Assembly (NCBI RefSeq): GCF_008831285.2
Contig: NC_045138.2
Location: 23,808,001-23,872,000, forward strand
Direction: 5' to 3'
DNA length: 64,000 nt
Source: Nymphaea colorata
Lineage: Eukaryota
Shown: positions 13,101 to 25,100 of the stretch, in pieces
Position numbering within the stretch: position 1 is the stretch's first letter
How the letters are laid out: each line of letters starts with the position of its first letter
Position numbers and translations under genes: made by a program
The notes under the pieces: generated by a model
The model's input: only the letters and a program-made list of their open reading frames with translations
The model's database searches: none
Told to the model about the DNA's origin: nothing

Positions 13101-16100
13101 CACAACTTTAGACGAAAACTGGGTTTGGATCATGACATGAAATTCTCGAAAGATACTAAACACTTCTGATTTTTGTTTCATGAAGTGAATCCAAGTATAT
13201 CGAGAATAAGAATCTATGAACAAAACATAATAGCGAGAGCCAAACAAGGAATCAACGGGAGCTGGCCCCCATACATCAGAATAGACAATCTCAAAAGGTG
13301 TAGAAGCTCTTTTATTGATATTATGGAAAGGAAGTATATGACTCTTACATAGTTCGCAACCAAAACATTTTTTGTCATAAGAATCAAAGGATAGACTGGA
13401 TTTTGGAATGAGATTATCTGATGCAAGTTTTTCCAAAAACCCACGACTACAATGTCCCATATGACCATGCCATAAATTTGACTTACTTATGTCTGATTGG
13501 AGACAGCTAGAACTTGGAATTTGTGAAGGTGCGTTGGAACTTGGAAGGAAAGCAGGTCAATTGAGCTGGACTTGAAGAGGATTGTAAGAAATAAGGATTT
13601 TTCTTGAAAAGATACATATTTCCTTGGCATTCCCCTTCAGCGAATGTTTTCTTCGTTAGAAGATCCTTGACATACACAGAAGAATAAGTAAATTCAACAG
13701 ATGAGTTTGTATCATCTACAAGTTTAGAAATGGAAATAATATTCTTTTTGATATTTGGAGCAAGGACAACATTTGACAAAGATAATGGAAATGGTGATGT
13801 TGGAAGAGAAATTTGTGCATTTCCAATATGTGTGATAGGATGAAAACTTCTGTCACCTGTAACTATATTACTTTTACCAAAATAAGGAAGAAGGTCATGT
13901 AACTTACTAGCATTTCCAGTTACATGAGTAGCAACACCTGAATCCAAATACCATTCACCTTGATCATTTTGTTTCACTGTCATCTTGGAGAGGGCAGTCA
14001 TAAGTATTTGTTGTACATCGGCTGGTGGGAGTTTGATATTATGTTCAACTTTAGGTTTATTGCCTCTGTTTTGTGGATTGAACCAGCAATTTGCTTTGAT
14101 GTGACCCTTCTTGTTACATTGGAAACACGTTGACACTTTTTTTGTGTTATTAGTTTGAAATCTTCTTGGAACACTTGGTGTTGGCAGAATACCTTTGCCA
14201 TTTTATTCATCATGCCCATGGTTTATGCCTCCTTGATGAGCCCCATTTCCTTTTCTATGACCTACAACAGCTTCTATAACTAAAACATTGTGAGCATTAC
14301 CTTGGTTTGTTCCTCCCATCAGTTGTTTCATGTTCATTTCATGTTGAAGCATCTTGCCCTGAAGTTCATTGAAGGTGGGCAGAGTGGGCAAAACTTCAAG
14401 AGCAGTAGTGAAGGCATAAAAATCTGGTCCAAGGCTGCTAAGAGTTTGCTGGACTTTTTCTTTGTTGGAAACAACATATCCAGCAACTCCCAACTGATCA
14501 CTATCCCTTTAAGACGTCCCAAATATTCCATAATCAACGTTGACCCTTTGCTAAGATTCTGAAATTCTTTCTTCAAACATAGAATACGTGCCTCTGACAT
14601 TTGAGAATAAGTTTAAGCAAGACTGATCCATAATTGTCCTGTTGTACAGTCATCAGAAAGAGAAATCAACACTTCTTGAGAGAGCATTGATGTGATATAC
14701 GCAACAAGGCTTTGATCTCGTTTCATCCATGTTATAAATTGAGGGTTACGAATTTCCTGAGTGGAAATTGTCTCTCCTATCTCATCTTAACCTCTTGTTG
14801 AATGAACTGTGGTGGGATTGGAATGGAACCATCAAGATGTCCGTACAGATCCTGACTCCTTATGAAAGGAGTAATCTGCCTTTTCAGTTGGAGTGGTTCA
14901 GTTTTTCAGAAATAAGGTGTAGCAAAAAGTTGGAGGACGTATTGGATTGTGAGAGAATATCCATGATAGATTATATATTTATCAACGTAGATATATACTA
15001 ACAGAAATATAAGAGTGTTGTCAAGATAGATGAAGGATTAGGAGCAGAATGTTTGAAGGGGTATAAGAGAAAACTAACCAAGAGATTTCAAGTCTGTTCA
15101 AACATTCTCCTTGGTAGAACCAGCCAAACCTTGCTCTGATACCATGTAAGATTTTGGGTGTCGAAGTATAACCCACGTTCAGATTCAGCAAAGGAAAGAT
15201 AAGAGAGAGAACAAAAAAAGAGAAATGAGGAAGGGAGGTGAGGTTTTACATTCCCACACAACCCATTTATATAGTGATCCCTCTACACATTTTACAATAA
15301 TCTAGAATGAAACAATCACAATAATCTAGAGCCTAGAGTGAAGCAACACAATAACCTAGAGTCTAGAATAAAACAATTACAAAAATTACAATCATAACCC
15401 TGCCTAGATAAATGCACTCAGACATGGTTAGACGTGTTGGATTTGGATCAGATTAGATCCAACATCTTATCAGTAGCAAGGCGGTGCCTGCTGCTCAGGT
15501 GATAGCAGCGGTGTCTGCTGCTCGGGCGATGGCGGCAGCCAGTGTTCAGATGCAACAGTCGCCCTCTGTTCCAGCAGCTCGATGGCAGGTCCTCCAGCTG
15601 TTGCTGATCAGAACTGCGGTGAGAAGGGCATTGGAACTTCATGGCAGAGGAGGTCGACGCTAGCAGAGGACGTGCAGCAGAACTTCACGGCAGAGCTTCA
15701 CGACAGGGCTTCACGGCAGAGCTTCATGGGAACTTCACAACAACCTGATTTTTTAGAAATTCGGCTCTGATACCATGTTGAATAAGGAAATGACAATGAA
15801 CACAATCATAACATGGAAAAACCTCAACACAAGGAAAAAACCACGATTAGAGGAGGATTCCAGCGCTCACTACCTGCTGGGTCCCTCTCTCACTTAATTC
15901 ACATTCACACTTCGAAAGTAGGGTTACAAAGACTTAAATAGAGCTTAACTTGAATAATGGGTCAGATAGGATCCAGACCCGGACCCAAACTTATAAACAC
16001 GTCAACAGATTGTATGTTGCAAAAATCATATCATCTTCCTATCCACATCACCACGATTTGCTTCACCAAGGACAATTACCTTCACTGATCTGCAGCCATT

Positions 16101-19100
16101 ACGATTGGAATTGTTGGTTAAAGCTTGAATTGTTAACTCTGTTTCTACTGAAATTTAGTCATTGATTCTTCGGAAAAGGATTGCCTACGATATGTGGGTT
16201 GTCCTTGAATAGATATATGGCAGGAAAAGAAAGATGTCCTTGTCTACCAATATAAAGGATATATATGCTCTACGGCAGGGCGGTAAGACTGTAGCTGAAT
16301 TTTATGCTTCCTCAAGTCGAAATGGGAAGAATTGGATTATTACTCCGAAGATAAGTCATACTGTTGTCTATATATAAATATATAATTATATACATACACA
16401 TGCATGAAAATGTTCTCCAGACGTGTACAAATTTTTTTTGGGCAATATTATCCTCACATAATCCAGGATGTAGTGATATAAATGATTTCCATGGTCTTCA
16501 AAGCAATTCTAGATGGTTCCCATGGTATTGAGATTCACATAGGAAATACCAAACCCATGGCCATCACAGAGACATGGATGAGACATGAATATTGCTAAGA
16601 GAACATGAATCTGCAAAAACTATGAAAATTAAAACAGAAGGAAACATGCATGTATCCATACTTTAAGCACTATTTGTGTAATCCATTCATCTCTTGAACT
16701 GATGTGTAACATACAGCTGTCGCCAAGTAATGCCATCTCATCAGACATGGATGAGATGTGTTATTCTCTTAATTTGCTGTTAGTCCAAAAATTCAATCAA
16801 GCAATTTAACTGTTATACTGTTTTCAATCTCAGATGACTTAGCACAGTTTTATTCTTTCTCCAGCCTATGGCCCAAATGGTGCAATCATTCACTACAGAC
16901 CAGAACCTGAGAAGTGCAAAACTGTGGATGACAAGAAGCTCTTTTTGCTGGACAGTGGGGCCCAGTATATTGATGGAACCACTGATGTAACAAGGACTGT
17001 TCATTTTGGTGTGCCTAGTCCACGTGAGAAGGAATGCTTCACCAGAGTTTTGCAGGTGCACTAACATTTGGTCTATTGTGTTGCTTTGATTCTTTGCTTC
17101 TCTATTTTTCTTCCAAATGACATGGAGTGAACTCTGAGTTGCTTCTATGTTAGGTAGGAAACCATGTCTCCAGTGGCCATAATGTTTTCTTCCACAAATC
17201 TGGCAAGATTAACGACTTCTACCCATATTGTGTGCATTTGATAGTTCATTGCTGCAATTAAATGCATATCCTCTAGCATTGGGAATAACACACTTGAATA
17301 TGCCTTTAGTTTTGGTGCTTGTACCAAAACTACAGTACTGTATATTTTGTTTGACTCCTTTTGAAATAATTTTTATGGAACTGGGATTAGTGTTTCTTTT
17401 GAACATACTTGGAGAATATGTTTTGAATTTCTTTTCTTCCTACGAGTGGATTCTGTCATAATTCATATTGGTTATTTTCAGGGTCATATTGCTCTTGATC
17501 AGGCCATCTTTCCTGAAAATACCCCAGGTTTTGTGCTGGATATTCTTGCTCGTTCATTTCTTTGGAAGATTGGACTTGACTATAGACATGGTAACTTCCT
17601 TGTAGCTCCAGTTGCATTATTCTTGTTTTATAGTTCTAATCATTGCAGTAATTCCCTTAAATATCAACTACTTGTGTCCTAGTAGCATTGGTGCTGCTGG
17701 GATTTGATTTCATTCATGGTTTTGAGAAGTGGGTGCCTTGAGGCACAGGGTTTTTTAAAGATGCAGTTCTGTCCTGGCTAATGTTTGCCAATATTAGGGG
17801 TTAAGTGTAGTAACAAGCTCATGGACTCATGGTTAGTTCCGCATTCGAGAACCAAGATTTTCCAAAGTGCAGTTGGTTTTTTTTTTCCTTTCAATTATTA
17901 AAACCTTTTTTTATTTGGACCTTTATATATATCTAGAATTAAATATTCATTTGCTCCCTGACATGAATAAATAATGAAAAAAGAGATTTTACAAAAACAT
18001 GATTATAATTTTAAAAATTACAGTGTCATGCCTGATTAAGAAACTAATGCCACCTAAATGCCTCCCCTAACTTGTTTACCGTGGTCACAAAATGGTTCAA
18101 CAAAGTTAAAAATTGCCTAACTGTTGACAGGTGTGCGGAGGCATATTTTTGAATCGCATTGAAAGAAAGAAATAAGCACATTTTAAACAAGTTGTGTGTG
18201 TCAATTCATGTTAACTTTTTTGATGGAGATAAGCAAAGCAATTGTTAATCAAATGTCAATATAAAGAATCATTGTGCTGTTCTCACAATGACAACTAACT
18301 TCTTAGGCTTTCATGATCAGCAGTTGTGCATCTATTTGCAAGGCAAGTTGTGTGAAATTTCTACAGCATAACCACTTACAAAGCTATTTTCATAGGGCAG
18401 CCGAAGTATGGCTTTCAATAGGGTTAAGTTATTAAACATTTTGAAACAATGCTGAAGAAGGGACCTCAACATCCTAATTATACCTTTATTTTACCCCAGC
18501 TGTCCTGACCCAGTTCCCTCGTGCCAAGATGAACCCCTTTTTGGATCCACTCAGACAGTCTTCTCTATTGTTCCAATTTCCAACCCTAACTAGTTGCTAA
18601 CCAAACCAACAATTCCTAATTTGAATTATAGCTCTATCACATGATGTGGACGTAAACATTGAACCATAGTCACAAATCTGGTTATTGGGTTTTGTTGACA
18701 AGTTTTCTCACCATTAATTGGAAACTAGAGAATTTAAAAACTAAAGAATATGCAAATGGAAATAGAAAAAATATGAGTTTTTGACTAAGTTTATTACAAG
18801 TGTATTGATAAAAAATTTCAAGATGGCTGCAGACATTAATAAAAATTTAATGCAGTTATTAAAATATTAAAATAAGAAGGCTGGTATATATTAACACAAC
18901 TTTCTATATAAACTCATGAAATTAGTGATATCTACCAAATATCACAATCAATTGCTATTTTTTTGTTTTATTATTTTTTGGCAATATTATTGCTAAATTT
19001 TATAAATATCAACAATATTTATGGCTACAATTGAAGGTTTTAAATTTTGTCTTCCGGTTAATGTATCTCCTAAAATATTTTGGATTTCAAGTTTGATATT

Positions 19101-22100
19101 TTAAACTGTAGTATATACTTGTTCATTGTATGTTGAAGAGGATCCAATAAAATATTAGTAACATAGTACTGATCTTGAATATTTCTCCTGATGCTCATCT
19201 AAAAGGTATCTAACTCACAAGAATTCATTACTGCACCCTGGGTTCTGGGTGAGGAGGCAAGTCCTAGCGGCCTTGTAAGTGTAAATCCTTAGTGCGTTTT
19301 GTGCTCCACTGCTCAATGGATGGTTTGTTCTAATTAAAACACAATGTACTCATGTTTTTCTCTCATTTGGATCTCCAACCCAATCTAAACAAGTATGTCT
19401 GCTACAAATGTAAAGGGCACCTGTGCATGTATTATTGAGTGAGTGTCTATTTGTGTCTATGTTTGTGCCTGGTGCTACATGCCGACTACAAAAAAAGTAT
19501 TTTTGATTGTCTAAAGGCTTATGTAAAAGTTAGATTGCTGCACTGTTAAACTTTTAGTATTTTATTTGCTTTACACCCACAGGTACTGGACATGGTGTAG
19601 GAGCTGCCTTGAATGTCCATGAGGGTCCTCAAAGCATAAGCTACCGTTACGGAAACATGACTGTGTTGCATAAAGGCATGGTAGTTAGTAATGAACCTGG
19701 GTATTATGAAGAACATGCATTTGGCATTCGTATCGAGGTATGCTTGTGAACTTTTGATGATTATGGCAACATGTGATATTGAAATTAACAGGTGCTTGTA
19801 TGGGATTGGGAATAAGAGGTACAACACTATAGATATAACATGTCCAACCCACTTTTGCTGGCAGATAATTGAACTGAAAAATTACAATTTTAGTATACCT
19901 AGATCCAGATATATTTTTCGTGGGATAGTCTGGGAAAATCAAAGCCTTGTCAAAAGTCATGGAGCATGAATGTCCCAGAGGTGGATACCTTTTACAAAGG
20001 TATCAGCTAGGTATAAAACTGACCATGAATCTCAACCCTGGGATTCCCTCCACTTAAAAAAGATCTTGGATGTAAATCAGAAAACTGTTTTATACTTGGA
20101 AAGAACATTGAGAAAATCATAGATATGATTTTTTAAAGCATGAAAGCTTGTGAAGAAATAAATGTTATAAGGAGGCTGACATTTTAGAATGTTATTGTAG
20201 ACTTGTAGTTGGATGCTATGCTGAATTTGTATGATTGTACAATGTGATTAGTCTAGTTCAAAAAATAGTTTAGACAAAACTAAACTGGTCTTGGTATCAC
20301 TTTTTCAGCCAATAAATGTTCTGACTATTTTTTACCAATTTTTTGACTAAGAAAATTAATGGTGTCATTTGTTTGCATGGGAAATCTTCTGAAGTGAGAA
20401 AATACTCTTTGAAGAAATGCTGGGCTGTGCTTTTCTTTACAGGCGTACCAATGAAAATAGCTTTGCTTGCAGTAATATTTTGAAAATATTTCAGTACGAT
20501 TACAATTTAGAGTCAGCAGTGTTGTCGAACTATCTGAATCTTCTCAATAAAAAAAATCTGTAAAATTCCTATAGTATCATATCACAACCTTTTTCGCAAA
20601 TTTTTTTATTTGTTACTATATTTGATTTTTTGATTTTTTTTCTTTTATAGTTTGCAGGCTTTTAAGATTGTTTATTTATAGCTTTTGCTTGAAAATGCTA
20701 GAAAAGCTGTTATGTCGAAGCTTTTCTTTTGCTTTCCATTTTTGGATTATGGTACTTTCTGTGATTTTCTGGAGGATATACCAATGGAAGAATTCCCAAG
20801 AAACTTTAGGAGCCATAAGTTCCTTAATGGACCCTTCCTTCTTGTAGGTAAGATCAAGTCAATTGAAGGCCTTGTAAATCAACGGTGGCCATGGCTGGAT
20901 GCTATTGTTTGAAATCCATGTATATAACTATAAATGTTCTCTGTCTTACTAAATTATGGGATTAAAGTTTCTCTTTTATATGGGACAGGGATAATTCTAC
21001 TGGACTGAAGCTTGGTGACTTAGAATAGGCCAACCCTGGTAGACCTTTGCCTCATGTCGGGAATGGAAAGAAGGAAAAATTCTAAGAGAATCATCTAATA
21101 GCCCTTTGAGAGGTCAAGATTTGTTCAGTTTTTATAGAAGAACTATGTGAGTTTTAAAAGAAGAATATTTTCATGTGTTGCCATTACTGAGAGGAATGGA
21201 ATAAGCTTGCCAATGTTCTAGTTTGGGCTCCTAACAAAGTAATAATTTAGAATTGTTACTTCGTCTTTCTTCTTTCATCAGAATTGATTCATGTTTTTAA
21301 CTAATCAATCAATTTTTTAGTTTATCAGTATAGTTTCAACCATTTACACTTAAAATCCTTGTGCAGAATTTACTTGCTATAAAGGAGGTGGATACTCCAA
21401 ATCGTTTTGGAGGAATTGACTATTTTGGGTTTGAGCGTCTTACATTTGTTCCTATCCAGGTACACTGACTTGCAGCTCACTTAGTGGAATTATTTGAATG
21501 ATAACGGATTTGAACTATTTTGTTCTGATACTGGCATCAAAACTTTGGCTGTACCAAACGTATCTCAACAATTTTGATGGACAAAAATGTCCTATGTCTC
21601 ATGGGTGAGGGTGTAGATAAGGGTATGGATGTGGCAACTTTTAAAAAACATTAGGTGCGAGTGCGACGAGTGTGTGTGTGTGTATATATCTGTTTAATAG
21701 TATTATTTTTTATTTATATTTTAATCATTATAAATTTTTGTATTAGGACTAGTTTAGTTGGCTGCACTTCTAAAATGGTTAGTTTTGAGGTGCGCCTCTC
21801 ATTGGATGCACGTTGACTACATCCATTGCTATGTCAGAGCTGCACCAACACCCGTGTTGCATCGACACGGGTGCGGCAGATGTTTAGGCTCACCCGTGTG
21901 ACATGGAAAATTTCCTTGAGATAAACATTAATACACACTGCTTGTTATACAAAGTACAGACACAAAGATGTTGATAGTTTGTAACTGGCCTGAACCATGA
22001 ATCTAGTTTGTCGGGTACATCTTATTACTATTTTCATGGCTCCTCTTAATTGTGATTCGACCATTTCCATTTTAAGTCCTTCTTGGAGCTCCAATTCCTT

Positions 22101-25100
22101 TGACACAATAAATTTCATTGTTGAACATGGCACATCTGATTTTTTGAATGCTTATTAGATCAACAAAGGTTTCTTCAGGCATTTGACCTGTTACACATGG
22201 AGGGTCGCTGGGGTCCACCAGATCCAATCATAGAATGCAGGCAGTTGTTGATTGTTGAAGTCCCCCAAACAGAAATAGGGTTGTCCTCATCTTTTGAAAA
22301 ACCATTGTAAGATGGTTGAAGCTGGAAGTATTTGAGTTACTCATTCCATCCACAGAAATGTTGGCATGCTCTAATAGGTTTCTGGTAGATCTCTTTAAGA
22401 AGGTTTTATTTAATGCTTTGTCCTTTTCTTAATTTATTTGGAAACATGAGACCATTTGCCACTGGGGACCTATACATGGATCTCTTTGGCCGCAGGTAAA
22501 CTTTTTCATTTCAGTTTCCTATAATAGGGATTATATTGCTTGTGGACTCAATGAAATGCTACTGATTTATTCTGCCATCATGTCCTGTATATTTGTGATA
22601 CCTGATACTATATTAACATTCATTATATCCCATGTTCGTAACATTTGAGACTATGTTCATAATGTTCAATACTGGAGTAATCTTGAGGCAACTTTTGATT
22701 GCAACAGGTTTGTATTCCTGACTCTTGTAGTTTTTTATGTGATGAATGCAGAACTACTATACTTAGATCTATCCTCTAGTAGACATCATACTTTATGTCC
22801 TGCTTTTAACTTGAAATTTTTGTTACACTGTCAACATGTAGGCCAAATTAGTGGACCTGTCCTTACTTTCAACATCAGAGATAAGATGGTTGAATGATTA
22901 CCATTCAGAAGTCTGGGACAAGGTAAGTCTCATAATTCTGTATTTTAACAACTAAGTTTAGCAATTTGTTGCATGGATGCAGAACTATGTTTTCACATGG
23001 ATGTGAATGCAGATTAGTGATACAACCAGGATGTGCTTGGTGTGAATATGTTTTTCAAGAATTAGCTTGCGGGGACATAATTACTTGCGCATACATATCT
23101 AGAAAAGAATAAATTCCCTCTCAAATGAATTTTTTTTTAATAGATCCAACTCCTCATAACTAAAAGAATGGATATGAAAATAATGTTTGAGAAAGCTTTT
23201 CAAGCTTTTCCTTGGAAGAAAATATTATAGGAAGCATGCATGTCCAGATAGTGCAGTAATGCAATCCACAGACAGAAGAAGATACATAGAAGAGACTATA
23301 AGCAGTAGCCATTTTGTTGTAATCTATCAAAGAGAAATAGAGCATACAACAAGAACTTGACTATATTTTCGTTATGATCAAATGCAACAAAGGTATTTCC
23401 CAAAGAATTATCTGGCCTTGCTGGTGGGGACGACCACGGTTGTTAAAGGTGATGAGGTGAAGCAAGGTGTTGAGCCTGTCATGAGGCGAGGCTTAAGCCT
23501 CAAGGCTTTAAAATGTAAATTTCAGGATCAAAATATTGAAATATATAATATCAACCAAAGTAATGATAAAATTGAAAAGGAACAACTATGGTGGCAAGTA
23601 TTGTTAGAAAAATATGTTTTTGAGCTTAGACATCTCTATGGAATTTAAAATATCATAAGTCCTATTTTTACTTTTTAAGTTTTGTGTGGACTATTTTTGT
23701 AATTCTAGTTGCCTACCTCTAATCTCTTTTAATCATAAATTAGGGTTAATGGAACTAAGTTGTCTTTTTCTCACTCAGCCGTGTTCAACATGGTATCAAA
23801 GCTGGTCCTTCCTGGATCTGCCTGACACTGGCTACATCTCCTCCTTCCATCTCTCTTCTTCCACCTCCTCCCTCCTCCCTTCACCTCTATTCTCTTGCTC
23901 AGATCTGTTTGTGTGTCTCAATTTGCCCCAAGGGGCTGTGACGTGTGGTAGATCAGGGATCTAATCACTACTGAACATGTCATGGTAGTGATTAGATGCC
24001 CTAGATCTGGTCGTTGCAGTGCTTGAAGATCGTCGGTGATTCAAAGTTGGGTGTGATGGTGATGCTGCTCTATGAATGTTGTTGGAGTCAAGGCAGACTG
24101 CTGTAATTTTTTCCTGATTTGATGGTTCGTGGATCATTGGCTTGGCCTCTTCCAAAGATGTTTATGTTGTGCATGCTGGGAGACAATTATCTGTTGATGC
24201 AGCGTTGTCAGATGCATTAAAACCCAGACAAGATTATGATGATACATTCAGCCCTGTGATAAAAATGGGAACGATCCATGTGATTATGTCATTAGCAGTT
24301 GAATGTGGATGAGGACTACATCAAATGGACGTGAAGAATGTTTTTCTTCACGGTAATTTGAGGGAGGAAGTATATATGGAACAACCTCCAGGATATACGA
24401 AAGGAGACTCTCATGCGTGGGTTTGTAAACTAAGAAAATCTGTTTATGGACTCAAACAGGCCTCACGCTCATGGTTTGGCAGTTTCTCATGGAAGATTCA
24501 AGAATGTGGTTTTCGGAGATGTCTTCTAAATCACTCTTTTCATTTATCGAAAAGAAAACATATTTTCTTTAATTCTTATATATGTTGATGATATTGTTAT
24601 CACAGGCAATTTTGAAAAACACATAGGAGACACTAAAGCTTTAATGATGCAGAACTTCAAAATGAAAGAGCTTGGTGATTTACCATTCTTTCTTGGAGTG
24701 AAGATTAATAGACACAATGATCGCCTCGCATTGACACAACAAAAATACACGTTGGATCTGTTAAAAAAGACAGGTATGTCTAATTGTAAGCATGTTGGAA
24801 CTCTTAGTGTTCTAAATCAAAGACTAAGTGCTCAGGACGGGAGTTCTATAAAGATCATACTCAATATCGAAGCATTGTTGGGGCACTCCAATATCTTATA
24901 TGTACTAGACTTGATATTATATATGTTGTGAATCAAGTATCTCAATTTATGCATGCACCTATAGATACTCACATGGATGCTGTCAAAAGAATATTAAGAT
25001 ATCTAAAAAGGATGGCAGGAGATGGCTTAGTTTATGGTAATAGTGGAAAGATAACTGTTGGACATCAACTTATGAATTCACATATGCAGATTGGGCTGGA

